Source: Gnetum montanum (Eukaryota; Plantae; Gnetophyta). From it: a stretch of DNA of 64,000 nucleotides. Positions 25,386-39,424 of the stretch are shown here, one piece after another. Every line of letters starts with the position of its first letter. The stretch's first letter is position 1. The position numbers and the translations under genes were made by a program. The notes under the pieces are model-generated. The model was given only the letters and a program-made list of their open reading frames with translations. It did no database searches and was not told the DNA's origin. The stretch is taken from assembly GCA_015680685.1 (NCBI GenBank), contig MNCI01002587.1:1-64000 (forward strand), in the 5' to 3' direction.

Positions 25386-28150
25386 TTGTTCTATTTTTCC
25401 ATTCTACAATATCATTTTTATTTGGTGTTCTAGTTGATGATAAATTTCTCTTGATACTTGAATATTTGCATAGCTCATAAAAATCATTTGAGGTAAACTC
25501 ACCTACATTGTTAGTCCTAATAACTTTGATTTTAAGCCCTAGTTTAGTTTCAACCATACTTTTAAATACCTCAAAATGCTTAAAGACATCATATTTTTTC
25601 TCAATATACATTAGCCATGACATCCTACTATAATCATAAATAATAAGAAATAAATATTTATTATCATTGAAACCTGCTACATTCAAAGAACCACAAACAT
25701 CCATACATAATAATTCAAGTTTAATTTATAATGAAAGTTCACTGGCTTAAAGGTAGCTCTAGTTTGCTTACCATATTGGCATGTAGAACATACCTCTTCC
25801 AAATGACTTACCTAGGGAATATCTTTAATGCCTTAAGCCTTAATAAGAGCTTGTATGTTTATTAAACTTAAGTATCTTAGTCTTTTATGCCATAACCTAC
25901 TACTACTTATCATAGAAATAAGAGTTAAACAATGAGGCTATCCATTTATAGAGTATAAACTATTTCCTAGTCAAGTAATATAGGCTTTAAAATGCTTTTC
26001 ATTATTTTCTAATACATATTTCTCATCTATGAGATAGATATTATAAGATTCTATTGAAAACTATTCTAAGCTCAATAAGTTATAATGTAAACCATTAACA
26101 AAATAAATATTATCAACTTCCAAAACATTATCATGAACTTTTACTGAACCAATACCTCTTACCATAGCTTTAACTTTGTCACCAAAGCTTAATTTTTATT
26201 TGTTAAATTTTTTTGGTATAATAAGTTTTGATATATCACCAATCATATGTTGAGAGTAGCCACTATCAAGAAACCATGTCTCTAGACTGTAAGAGCCCTT
26301 TAAGACTAACTACATAAGAATAGATCTTCTATTAATTGGTCTCCAAACTTCTTGTCCTATTCTATTATATCTTGAAAAGTGCTTAATAGCATGGAAATAT
26401 TGCATAGATCCATCATGAGAAGAATTACTACTTCTACATTTTCTTGCTTTATGCCCTAGCTTTCCACAATTAAAATATTATCCTTGAAAGAAATTAGTTA
26501 TTGTTCTTGGACTATACTTAGGGATTGGAATTCTTAAAGTATGAAGAATTCCCTTACCTATTTTTGAGGTGATATTTTGTGACTATGGAGGTTTTATTTG
26601 AACATTTATCTTCTAGGCTGATACTTGCATTGATGATAGCCTTTTTGAAGAATTGGACTCATAGTCATCCCTCATATCAACACTTGACTATCCATTGTTG
26701 ATATCCTTGAGCTATTTTGATCTATGAGTAAACTCATTGAATAAATTATATGTGACTTGAGTAGCCTTAAATTTCATTTTCTTCATGAGCAAAACCAGCT
26801 CCTCTTTTAGTTTTAAGTTCTCTTGTTTAGCTAATTCAATCTTTATCTTATAGCTCTTGATTTCTTACTCCCTTTCTTTTAAAGCTTATTTAATTTTTCA
26901 TGAACTTTAACCACCATCTCTTATTATTCCATTTGCCCTTCTATATTGATGTTCTTAGTTTCCTCATACTTAGTTTTAGCTATGTTTAATGAGTTTGGTC
27001 CATCTTCATCTTCACTTGAATCTACAATCTCAATAGTGCTAGAAGTTTCTTGCTCATTTAGGTTAGTAAACATAAAGTTTTGAAAATAATCATCTAAATT
27101 AGAATCTTTAATCATCGCTAGAAAGTTAAATAATTCTTGTGTAATAATATTGTTAACTATCATATCAATATAAGCAAAATGGGAAAAATAATTTTCCTAA
27201 ACATTCTCAATTTTTGTGCTAATTTATAAGTTTTCTAAATGATATTGTATTTCAACAAATTAAGATTTCAATTTATCAAACTTGTATTGAGTGTTCTTTG
27301 GCTTGAATTCTATATCTTTCTACTTTGGATATTTAACAATAATATGACCTATCTCGTTACAATAGTAATAAGAAAATGATTTTGTTAGCTTCTTACCATC
27401 CTTTATCTTTTTTAGCCTTCTAAGATTTCTAGCAGGATTAATGATCTCCTTATCAGAATCTACGTCTAATGTTGATGGTTCCTTCTTATTATCATATTTT
27501 TGAGCATCAACTATGAAGTTAATTTTCTCCTTTCTACTATAATAACAAGTTCCTCATTTTCTAATTTTGAATGCTAAAAAAATATTATAGAGCTCAGGTA
27601 CTATTAATCTACAAAGATCTATCACCACTTCTATGGATGAAAACTTTTCTTTGAATCTACTAAAAAGGATAGATAAATATTTTTAGCAGATTAAATCATC
27701 AAATTATCCTTCACCAAGCATGGTCATCTTGCTAATTATCTCATTCACTTGGCTAAAGAAATTGTTAATATTTTCATTATCTTCCATCCTTAAAACATTA
27801 AAACATGCTCTTAAAGTTAGTAGCTTAGACTTCTTTACTTTATCATCATCTTCATAAATAGATTAAAGATGCTCCTAAATCATACATTTCTTTGGGAAAT
27901 TAAAGATGAATAATCTTCATAGATACTACTCTATCTAAGACATATACTAAGGCATTCATACCTTAAGAATTATGTAAAAAAATTTTGGTTCCTTTGCTAA
28001 CTATCTTTCAGACATCATCACCATGAGGTAGAAGATATGTTTTCATCTTCACCTTTCACAAAGGATAATCCAATCCATCAAACCATGGAGATTTTATAGA
28101 GAAGAATCCTTGATACTATGCCATGTCCAAAATAAGAAAAGTTCAACATT
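25386..28150 (-). pseudogene. copia gag-protease-integrase remnant
   Basis: YYCNEIGHI (~27340-27370), NCGKLGHKARKC (~26435-26471), protease ~26240-26280, integrase ORF 25381-25704. Confidence 0.85.
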
Positions 28151-28178
28151 GTCTATTAGGTCAAGAGCTGTTAATTAG

Positions 28179-28190
28179 GCTTTGATACTA
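28179..28190 (-). promoter_or_regulatory. degenerate PBS (tRNA-iMet) of the copia element
   Basis: Minus strand TAGTATCAAAGC vs TGGTATCAGAGC, 2 nt after LTR end ...CAACA (28193). Confidence 0.7.
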
Positions 28191-28192
28191 AT

Positions 28193-30250
28193 TGTTGTTT
28201 CCTAGACATGAATATAGGCAATGAGAGGAAAGGGGGTGAATCAAGGCCTTATATAAAAATTCAAGTTATCTAAACATTGAAAAGATAACCAATAAAGACC
28301 TCCAAAGTAAGAAAATAGAGCACCTATGCAAAAACAATAATCAAACACTAAGCTTTAAGGTGGTTCAACTGCCAGATTTTCCATCATGCATCCACCATGA
28401 AACTCTTCCTAAACTATAGGAGATAGAGTAATTTTACTAATAAAAATAAATTTATAAGGCTTATTTTATAGTCCTCAAACAAGCACAAATCCAAGATCAA
28501 AGTCATAAAAAATAGCTCTCCCAGCATAACAGAAGAAGAAATACTCTATCTTGTCCCAAGCATAATGACTCAAGAGTTTTCTAACTTCTTGAGAAAAGAA
28601 AATAGAGCTTTCACAAAAAAATAGAGAGAGAAAAATAGGAGAAGTGTAGGAGAATAAATTCTAGTTCATGCACTAGGAAAAAATTAGAATAAACCAAGCT
28701 GAGCACAATTACTTTAATTTATATCCATAATTCTTTTTAGTCATTTTCATAGACATTCTTTAGCAATTACTATTATGCTAGAGAAGTGTGGGAAGTAATC
28801 CACTAAAGCCATTACCAATTTTTTGCAAAGGATCTATAGAAGAATCCATACCTATTGCATCTAAGGTTTCATTTCTATATATGGTATGAGCTTCAAATAA
28901 GCATTAATAGCTTAGCAGACAAGAAAGAAATATATCATTTCAACTTGGTGCTCATGACTCCTTCTTGTAAAAATCACTAGCTCTACTTATAAAAACTCTT
29001 TTAATGAAAAATCCTTAATTATATTCATGGGATTTATCTTGCATTCATTATAGTATAGGCTCTAGATTTTTGTATAAGCTTAGTATGCTTATTATTATTA
29101 TTATTATTTTGCAAATGTGGCTTGGTCTTTTTCAGTATCGCTCGTACAAATCTGAAACCTTGTTCTAGTATTTCTTTTGCTTGGGTTGACATGATAATAA
29201 ACTCTTTAAAAAATTAGAAGCTTTTTCTTTCATAGATTTTCTCTTAATAGACTTTCTAGTGTAGTAAAAAGGATGACGCGACAAAACTCTTTAGAAGAGC
29301 TTTGTAAAACTAGAAATAGGTTCTAAATACTAGTTCTAGATGTTGATGTGAAAATGCTATTTAGAATCAAGAATTAGTTCTAAAGCTTTTCTATTATGAA
29401 TTCAAGTTGAGATATATGTTTAAAAGGAACTTGACATGGTAGATTAGAATTGAAGCACTCTATTTTTCACTTTTTTGTGCTAATGTGTTAGAGCTATTTG
29501 AACGATTCTATGTAGAACTAAGGAGAGCCTCTATGAGTTGGTTCTACATGTTGAGTTAGATTAAAAACTCTAAGCACACATGATCTACAATGTTTTAAGT
29601 TAGTCCTTACTAAGTTTAGGAAAGAAGATCTAACATGGTAGAGCTAAATTAAAGAGTAAAGTTGGATTATAATCTTTATATGGACTTTTCTTAAAGCTAT
29701 ATAATCTAGACCATACTAAGCTCTCAAGAGAAAAATCAATGTTGAAGAGTAAGTCAAGAAATCCCTTTCAAAGTGGATAATGGATCTACAAGCTAATTCT
29801 ACTTAGCATCTTTTTCATTAAGCTAATGTGGTAGAGTTGTTTTTGTACTGAAAATGGTTCTATGAATTGGATCTACTTTCTAGGATGGAATACAAGTACT
29901 CTTACACATGTGCTTTATTTGAGCTCAGCCCTAGTAAATAAAGATAATTCATGCTACCATCATAAAGCTAATACAAGCTATCTTTGTAAAGCTAAGAAGA
30001 AGAGTTGAGCTAGTAGAGCAAATCAAGCAAAGTAGAATCAAAAGCAAGATTCTAAACACTAGTTCTAAATGCTGACATGGTGTGTATGCTTGAAATGGCT
30101 AAAGGTTCAAAAGTTGGGCCCACCATTTAAAATAACTTTTAGACATGTGAGTATTTTTTTAATGCATTTAGATAGAAAGCTTCATGATTGATGCACTTAT
30201 GTAGTTTAAAAACACAAGTGATATCTTTACAATGACTCTGCCACCTAACA
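28193..30250 (-). repeat. putative 5' LTR of the copia element
   Basis: Abuts the PBS; candidate start TGTTAGGTGG at 30250; no second copy in the window to confirm. Confidence 0.45.
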
Positions 30251-30309
30251 ACTTTCATCTAGATCATAATTTTTCATCTAGATTAAAAAGCACCAAATAT
30301 TAACTCAAA

Positions 30310-30527
30310 CATTTTAGCATTGTTCCAAAAACTCCCAGCATTGCTACCATAAGACTAGCATTGGTGGATGAGGCCAACATGGTTGGAAAATTTCATTTAC
30401 TATTTATGGTAAAAAACATGGTTTTTGTGACCTAAGGGTATCAAAAATTACCATAAATGGAAATTATGATGGAATCAAAGACCAGATACACCTACAAATT
30501 ATACCAATCTGTTAGTAATTCTTGACC
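30310..30527 (+). repeat. internal fragment of a B/C/D-type Tat LTR
   Basis: Matches ~24440-24645 (GGTTGGAAAA..ATTTACTATTTATGGT..GGTATCAAAA..CATAAATGGAAA). Confidence 0.7.
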
Positions 30528-30529
30528 TT

Positions 30530-31880
30530 TTGGTATGTCAAAACATTAAGAAAAATGAAGTAGAAGGATGTTTTTGTGTTTGTGTGGCTGTTATGTTTGT
30601 AGGACTTGGATTAATACAAGAATGCATGTGGAAGTTCAAGAACATGAAAAAGGAAGAAATAATTCAAAGCTTAGAAGGAAGTCTTAGCATTGAATAATTA
30701 TTTTTAGAGAAGACATCTTGTAGAAACAGCAGACGTCTATCATCAAGTGAAGGCATCTCCAAGGAAAAGAAGATGTCTTGGTAGAATTGAAGGTAGCACA
30801 GGATAAGACATTTCTAGAAAATAGCAAACATCTTTATAGAGAGAAAGAATTCTTTCATGAGAAGAAGATGCCTTTGTAGAATAAAGGTATGAGAAAGATG
30901 TCTAAGTCTTGAAGAAGACAGCTTTCTAGAATGAATGTCCATTACAGAAATAAGTTTTAGTCTCAAAGAAGATGTTTCTAGCGACCATTAATTAGCCATT
31001 ACATAAATTTTGAGGTGACTTTGGAAACATATTTACTATAATAAGACTTCATTCTCATTGGAAAATGAGAAAGCATTGTATACTTTCATTGTATTCATCA
31101 AGCAATCATTGTAATCATTGTTGTTCCTCATTGTACAATCTTTTGTCTATTGTAGTTGGTCAAAGTGAGCTATACATCAAAGGCAAGAATCAGCAAACTT
31201 AGTTGCATTATTTTCTTGTCATTATTGTCCTCTATTTTTGTCCTACGAGGTTGATGTACTTCTTACAGGAAGGCATCTTACTTGAGCTTGTTGGGATCAT
31301 GTGGGATTGAGTGTTGTTGTAGCATCACAACACTTTGGAATAGAGCTCAAGTTCTAAAGGTTGTGGTATCCTAGAAATCACATTCTAAGTTTATTTGAAC
31401 CTTATAGGGTTGAGTGGATTCATAGCATTGAATCACTCCATTATGGAGCTTTGATCTTGTACAAAGTCTAGTCGTACCCTTTAAATCATATTTGAGAGCA
31501 ACAAATTCTAGAGGTGTGCTTGTGAACTACTGATGAGTGGCGAGGTACCCCTATGCTCAACCATATGAATACAAGCATACATGCATGATCTGGTCGAATT
31601 CTAAGGACTAAGTGCCTATGCACCTTGATGGAACAAGGATGGGTTGGTTAATCGTTGTCTTCCCAAACTTCATTGTATATCACAATTGTATGATTAAGTA
31701 AGCTTGAGGCATATGGTTTTTATATCTTTTATGTTTTTATGTCTTATGCTAATAAGGGAGGAGAGAGATATTAAGTGACTAAGTTAACTTAACTACTCAT
31801 TAACTAAGTTCTAACTAATCCTAACACCAACATCCTTTCCCACTTGCTGTACACATCCTGAACCAGTGAAACACTACAAG
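30530..31880 (+). repeat. LTR-like sequence of an unidentified family
   Basis: Repeated AGAAGAYRTCT motifs at 30700-30980, TATA-like site near 31037, CATTGT-rich tract; no TSD identified. Confidence 0.3.
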
Positions 31881-31915
31881 GATTACCAAATGCTAATCGT
31901 TATTGGGTTACCAAG

Positions 31916-32363
31916 TGTTATACACATGCTAGAAGTGGTCATAATGAGTGTATTTACTTAAGAAAGTGTAGGGTGAGACAAGACATTAATTAACTAGAAA
32001 ATCATTTAATAACATCAATTAATACTAATTAATCTATTCTGGAGGCTACAAGGTTTATCATAAACTTTATCTTTATTGCTATATACAAGGTGTGCTCAGG
32101 TACACAATTCTCAAATAAAGATCCATTCACTTTATGACTCCTATTGTGGGCATGCAGAAATAATTCTAACTCTAGGAGGAAGAAAAGGCAAGAGTTTAGC
32201 TAAGGGTCTAACTAACTATTGCAAAAACAAGTGCACCTGCCTCTTATTTATAGGCAAGGAGACAAGTCCCGATATCGGGTATTTGACATCACATGTTAGG
32301 ATCTGATATTGTAGACCCAATATCATGGATGTGATATCATGACCCTGATATCATGGTTCATCA
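31916..32363 (-). repeat. putative 3' LTR (~450 bp) of the Athila-like element
   Basis: Minus strand GGGGGTA then TGATGAACC...GTATAACA; TATA CCTATAAATAAG near 32243-32254; internal GATATCATG repeats. Confidence 0.55.
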
Positions 32364-34449
32364 TACCCCCGTGAATAAATGAAAACTTATCCTTGAGTTC
32401 CTTACAAAATATTGGGAAGGTATGGGATTATTGACTAATTGACAACTGACGGTGGAATGAGATGACAGACTCAACGTACCCAGTGAACAAATGAATAAGC
32501 ATATTACAACATTAGTGTTCATGACCATTATGGTGAACACTCTTACATAAATGACATCTAGGCATTTATTTAGTAGCTTGAAGAGAAAGAGAAAGAGAAA
32601 GAAGATGAAGCATGTTGTCGCCAATGCCGAGATTTTGTCTTCCATTGTTTATTCATAGTCATGCCACCAAACTTGCTCCTTTCATAAATGCTCCACTTTT
32701 AGTCCATATTGAGTGCTTCCTACAAGCCTAGTCCATTATTTGTATGATTGGCATCTACACATACAAAATATTCACAAATGAGGAAGGATAGATAAACCAC
32801 AATGCAGTTGATACCTTGCCTCGATATGAAGCGCATTGGCTGAGTTGTGGTTATAGTAGAAATTGGTTTAGAGATTTATCACTACTGACTACCCAAGGTG
32901 TAGGGGTTAGGCAAATAGTAGAATGAAAAAAATTAAAAAATTTGTGCTAGGGCCCCCACAACTAAAAGTGAACCTTTAGTAGCTATAAGATGGAAAAATA
33001 TGAGGAACAAGAAACATGGGAAAAAATAACAATGGCGATGCCAATAAAATGAATGTCATGGATGGGGATGAAATAAGAAATGATTGATTATAGGAAATGT
33101 TTAAGAAAAAGAAGTTAAAAATTACACCAAAAAAGAATGCCAGTGGGTCCTCCCCAAAGCAGGCTCATGCCCTTTATGCCTTGACAAACCCATAAACTAA
33201 AGAGTTCATAAGCTCTAGTAATTTCATTTTGAATCAAGAGTTAGAAAATTACCCACAAGAATTCACCAAAGAAAAATAATGCATCAACCCACCCAGAGAT
33301 GAACTAATGATAAAATTGACAATGATGTGGAAAATGGGAAGAAAGATGGAGAGGAGAGAATGGAATGGAATCCCAAGAGCAAGGCTGTATAAAGTCCCTT
33401 GTGTATTTCATGGTTAATGTGACTGAGTAGAAATCATCCCAAATCCAGACTCAAACAAAGCATATCCAGTCACCTTGCATCAACACACTTGATAAATCCA
33501 TCCACTTGAAGCAATAAGAATGTGTCCACAAAGAGTCACCACCATTCCAAGGAGAGCAAGATGGAGAAGTAGAAAGCGAGAAAGGGCCTTAGTCAGAGGG
33601 AACCTTTAGGCATGGGTAACATGTCTTTATAATTCCATAACCAGTGCTTGTAGCCCATACTTCATTATTATTTCTAAGGGGTATGCTTTGAATTCTCACT
33701 TTGTTTTTGCATAAGAACCACACCATGCAAAGACTTATTTTTATTCACTCGGCCTCTTGATATTTGAACAATGTCAGAATGGTGGAAAACCCAAGAAAAA
33801 GCATCCAAGCACCCAAGAGAATGGCTAGCACAAATGCATCAAATCCCCTTAAATTCACACCCCTTTCATCCTTTGATTCTTTCTTTGATTTGAAAAATAC
33901 CCAGCGACCAATTTATTAGCAAGTTTACCTAGAGAAAGGAGACTATATAGTTCCAAGCCAAAGGAGACCATAGAGTTGTATGGATGAGTGGACAACATGG
34001 ACTCATTGCCTATTTTACCAAAATAACCATACCTTAATATTAGCATCATAATTCAAAGGTAAAAATTGAACATTAGCAATCAATATGATATACTTCCATC
34101 CACCATCATGAGCACTTATTGGATGATGAATAAAAGTAAATCAAGCAAACAAAGAAATAGTAAAAATGTGAGCAATGGTGTAAAAAAGAAATAATAAAGA
34201 TTGAAAAATATGCAAAACAAAAATTTGTAAAATAAAAATTTGAAAAAAAAAATTCAAAAAGAACTGAGCATCTAGAATGGTTAGCATAGGTGGCCATCTC
34301 CCCCATGACTAAGTTGGAAGGAGGAGATTCGAAATAGTGAGCAAGGTTGTCCACCAGCAGAGGTAGCGTGTGTACTGGCTATCCTATGCTCATGGAAAGG
34401 TTTGGTTTATTTCATATTGACTAATATTTTCTTGTTCAAGCTCTAAATT

Positions 34450-37400
34450 TTGTATATTGTCATGGCTGCTGAGGAAAAAGTTGCATAAATAATATAAGGT
34501 CCTTCCCACAGTGTTTGAAATTTAGTGCATTGTGGCACATGTGTGGGATTCCAATAGAGAACCTTATCTCTTGCTTGATATTTAAATTTCCTCATCCTAG
34601 TTGATATTTAACTTTCCTAATTCTTAGGTCATGACATTATTTATTGAATGCCTTGTGTAGTTCATTAGATGATAGGGCAGCTAGTCAGTTCTCATCTAGA
34701 AGGTTAAGGATCATCAACCATTGTTTTTGTGCTAGATTGAGGTCAAGGTTGAGGTCACATGCCATGGATAGTGTATGGATCTCAGTTTGAATAGGAAGTG
34801 TTGGTAATTTACCGTACACTAACTCATAGGGAGAGTAGCCTGTAGGGAGTTTCCATGTGGAGTAATATGCCTAAAGAGCATCATTTAGTTTAGTGCTCCA
34901 GTCTTGCCCATACTTACTAATAGTTCTTCTAAATATTTGTGTAATCTCCCTATTGGTGACCTCTGCTTAACCATTCTCTTGGGGGTGGTATGGTGTAGTT
35001 AATTTATGCTCAACCCCTAAGGATTACATTAATTTTCGAAAAGTTGCACCTGTGATGTGTATACCATTGTATGAAATAAGTGCACATGGCACAACAAACC
35101 TATTCACAATTTGTTGTTGAATAAATAATGCAATTGTGGATGATGTACAATCATTAATAGCAGCTACTTCTATCCATTTTGTAAGGTAATCATTGGCAAC
35201 AATAATATAAGCTTTTTCATTGGACATTGGTGTAATGGGCCCCATAAAATCAATTCGCCAAATGTCAAAGGGTTCTAACTGTTGAATCCATTGTTGTAGA
35301 CCCTCAATTCTAATAGTCATTTCCCAATCATGTTGACAACACTCACAATATTGGACAACTTGATGGGCATCCTGAAACAATATAGGCCAATAATATCCTA
35401 TAAGCAAGATCTTAATGGCTATTCGTCTCCTAGTGTAATGACCCCTACAAGGACCCTCATGAGTGTCTTGGAGAACTCGCAGTTGATCTATATCAAGAAC
35501 ACACCATCAAACCAAGCCATTGGGACACACTTTTTAAAGTTTCCCATTGATATCCATAAAGTACTTGGCTTAGTGAAGAAACTGTTGTTTCTTCTTAAGG
35601 TTTAACTCTTGTGGTGTTTGTTGGGTGAGGAGATAGGTAAGAATGCTACTGTACCAATTTATCTCTATGGGTGATTGATCATTCACTCACCAGAAAAGAG
35701 GAATTCATCTGAGAAATAGTCAAAAATTGGATACTCATCCTCTTTGTTGTCCCATTGCAACCGAGATAAATGATTAGCAACTACATTCTCGGTGCCTTTG
35801 CGATCGATCATCAATAAATCAAACTCTTGTAAGATTACAAGCCATCATATGATACGAGGGCTTACCATTGGCTTATTCATGAGGAACCATATTGCACTAT
35901 GATCTATATGTATATATACTTTATATTCCAATACATAGTGTCTAAAATTTTTTAGTGTAAACACTACAGCTATTAATTCTTTCTTTGTGGTAGTGTAGTT
36001 AAGTTGTGCACCAGCGATACTTCTACTTGCACAGTGGATGTAATAAGGATGCTTTTGGTTATCTAACTATGTAAGTATGGCTCCTAAGGCATAGTTGGAT
36101 GTGTCAATCATGATATGGAATGGTTTGGACTAGTTAGGAGCTTGTAGAATGGGTGTTTCTACTAGCTTTTGTTTCAGAGTTTGGAAAGCTAATTCGCATT
36201 CCCTGGTCCATTCAAAAGGTATGTCCTTTTTCATTAATTCTACCAATGGTTTGGAAACCTTTGAAAAGTTCTCAATAAATTTCCTATAATAGCCAGTGTG
36301 TCCATGGAATGATCAAATATCTTTTACAGTTTTTGGTTGATAGGTAATTCCTTGGATAACTTTGATTTTCTTGGGGTCTACCTCTATCCTTGTATGTGAG
36401 ATCTTATGCCCTAATACTACACCTTCTTGGACCATTAAATGGCTTTTCTGCTAGTTGAGCCTTAAATTGGTTTTTACACTTCTTTTTAACACTTGCTCTA
36501 ACTAGTCAAAGGTGTGATCAAAGTTTCCTCCATAAGTGGAGAAATCATCCATAAAGACCTCCATGCCATTCCCTATCTGTTGTTGGAATATGCTTAGAAC
36601 TAATCATTGAAATGTTGTAGGGGCATTGCATAAGTCAAATGACATTTTTTTGTATACAAGCATTTCCCAAGGACTCGTGAATGTAGTCTTAGCTTGGTCT
36701 TCTAGGGTTGTTTGTATTTGGTTGTATCCGCTATATCCATCCATAAACTTGTAATAGTGATGCCCTGCGATGGCAATGGATAGTGATCTTCGAATGTTAC
36801 CATATATAGTAGCCTAAAATCTATGCACACCATCCATTTTCCTCCCTTTTTAGGCACAATAACTAAGGGGCTAACTCATTCACTATCAGCAATGGGGCAC
36901 AATAATCCAGCCTTGAGAAGCTATTCAATTTCTTCCTTAACTACTTGCTTTAGCTTTGGGTTCAATCACCTTTACGGTTGTCTTCGAGGCTTCATGGAGG
37001 GGTTAGTGTAAATTTTATGCTAGCATATCCTAGGGTCTATTCCAGTGAATTCAAGATATGACCAAGTGAAGGCTTTTGACCATTTATTTATTACCTTCAG
37101 CAATCTTTCTTTTTTTTTAGGAGCAAGCTTAGCATTAATAGTTACCAGTTTTTCATTTTTAAGCAATGTGTATTCCATACCAGTGGGCAATGGTTTCAGC
37201 TCGAGGGGATCCTGCTTAAATTTCTCAGGGATTTCCAACTTCTCCCAGTTGATATTTTCAAGGCTAATGCTTAGAAGTTGACGGTGGACTTTCTATAATG
37301 CATCTATGCTATCAATTTAAGTGTAAGTCAAACCCTCAGTTGGTTCCATGCATATTATTGAACTACTTTCCTGATCAGCTATCAAACATTGGGTGCCTTC

Positions 37401-37666
37401 TTGTTGTGTGGCTACTACATACAGGCATCTTTGTATGTTGATCACTTGTGCATACTAATTACATGCAGGTAGTGCTAAACTTTGCACAAACCATGACCTC
37501 TACACATAATTACACCCTCAATCTTTTCAAATGTATTTTTCTTTGATATTTATAGGGAAATATCATAGATTTCTAGGCGTGCATTGATGGTGGTTAGCCA
37601 TGACCTTTTCATTATGATTGGGAAGTCTCCCTTACCATTATTCACATGAATCACTAGGAAGTTAGC
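34450..37666 (-). pseudogene. pol: pol remnant (protease C-part, RT, RNase H, integrase) of the Athila-like element
   Basis: FMDGYSGYNQI, MEVFMDDFS, EGVVLGHKIS, DRKGTENVVANHLSRL, GYYWP..IDFMGP..DYLTKWIE. Confidence 0.9.
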
Positions 37667-39378
37667 TGAAACACCCCAAAATTTGAATACATGCTTGTTT
37701 CACTAGGTCTTTGCAATTCATGCAGCATTACAGTAGTTCCTCAGGAGATGGATGCTCTGATGTTCAGACTATCTAGTTCGGTAAGTTTTCTATCTTAGGT
37801 GTCAATAGGGTAAATGGATTCTCCAACCTGCCCACCTGAGTAGTTCATCCAGCCGACAGTGCACTTAGGAGCAATGTGTGGAATTGTTGGTAGTGCTCAG
37901 AACACGCAAAATGCTTCAACAAGTTTTCTACGTCAAGGAGTTTTGCTATGCTATGCTACGCTATGTAGCATAGCAAACTTCAGAAGATGTTTGCAAAAGT
38001 GTAGTGCTACGCTATGATATGCCATGCAGCATAGCACAGCATAGCAAAAAACTAGATGGTTAGTCCCCTCACTCGACATCAAGTCCTTTAGTAATGTCTC
38101 CTTCCGTCAGAAAGCAGCAATCTTGGCAGAAAGTAGGCCATGTTTGCCGGTACACTATGCTAAGCTACATGGTGCAGCAAGGTGTAGCAATTCTGGGAAA
38201 GTGATAAAAGGCATCTTAGAGGGTGGGATTAGCAAGTTCGCAAGCTTCATAGTGCAAACGGCAAAGTTTGCAAAGTAGCAACGTTTTTTGCGGCTAAGGA
38301 CAATTGCTATGCTATGATACACTACGTAGCATAGTATAGCATAGCAAATATGCAATAAACAATCAACGTGCTTCAAAAGGTCTCCAACGCATGTAGCAGG
38401 ACACAATGCAAATTTTTTTTCTTCAAAGCAGTAGCTATGCTACGCTTCGTAGTGCAGCACAGCGTAACAAGATGCTACACTATGCCAAACATGCTACGCT
38501 ACAAAGCATAGTAGAGTGTGGAAAGAAGTTACGCTACATCAATGCACTTCACCTAATTGCACCATTGCTTTGACAGTGCAATTATAGCATGGTAGGCTCA
38601 CAATTACGACATGGAAGGCTCGTAATTACAATGGTCATGCATGTCCAACGGTCTTGCACACCCATGCAGCATAGACATGTCAGCATAAGCCCAAGACATG
38701 TGGTGTCCAAACTACATATTTCATGCATCCTTGGTATTATAAATACCCCAATGAGCAACACTTGAGAGGTTAGTTCTTTTTTGGCATTTTTGGTCGACTA
38801 ACAATTTTGTTGGCTGACAAGCAAAAACAAAAGTTAGCACTGTAACCTTGAGCATTGTAAGCTTTCTGTTTGACATTGTAAACAGTTAGCACTCTCAGTT
38901 GGCATTCTGCTCTGCTCTTTTCTACCACCTTGATGGCACTTCACATTGTTAATGCCTAAGTTTTCATTTAAGCACATGGTCATCTTGCTCTACATGTCTT
39001 GGTTACTCTCAGAATCTCTACACTTCTCAGCGCTATGCAATCGATTGTATCCACCTTGATAGAGTAAAGTCATAGCTTCGAAGTAGTGCATTTTTCTAAC
39101 TTCATTTTACTTTGTCTCCTTCTTATTATTACATTTTACACTATTTTCTATCTCTTTTACATTTAAGCATTACTTCATGCTATTAGTCTTACTTTCAAAT
39201 CACACGTTGCAAAAGGTTATATTAACACTAACTAAGTCACTGTCTAATCGACCAGACCTTTCAGGGCACTTCGTTTCTGCTCCATCCAACATAGCCCTCC
39301 CACAGAAATGGGGTTAATATTGTTAATGGTTGAAGACCCATCGATGTTTTCCAACTGTCGACATTTTTGGTTGCTACA
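37667..39378 (+). repeat. 5' LTR of element E
   Basis: TGAAACACCCCAAAATT ... TTGCTACA, collinear with 54234-55943. Confidence 0.95.
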
Positions 39379-39385
39379 GTTTTTT

Positions 39386-39402
39386 TGGTGCTAGAAGGAG
39401 GG
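39386..39402 (+). promoter_or_regulatory. primer binding site complementary to the plant tRNA-Asn(GUU) 3' end
   Basis: TGGTGCTAGAAGGAGGG, one mismatch from TGGCGCTAGAAGGAGGG; tRNA identity from recalled sequence. Confidence 0.8.
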
Positions 39403-39424
39403 AATTTTTGGTGCCTTTTCCGCA

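Larger units (their letters stand above)
25386..30250 (-). mobile_element. Ty1/copia retrotransposon 5' part (SIRE-like), truncated in integrase by element D
   Basis: tRNA-iMet PBS remnant; two zinc knuckles; WFLDSGYSQHMIGD protease; LWHKRL and MDVCG..IRTNNVGEFTS integrase; GGGGGTGAAT near the LTR end; far LTR boundary uncertain. Confidence 0.75.
31916..37666 (-). mobile_element. Athila-like (non-chromovirus, no aRH) Ty3/gypsy element, host of E and F
   Basis: PR-RT-RH-INT order with no aRH; continues at 55944-56062. Confidence 0.75.

Noticed and set aside
31880-31915. TGGTAACCC on the minus strand next to the putative LTR end as a PBS
   Set aside because: I cannot match it to a tRNA 3' end, and no gag follows
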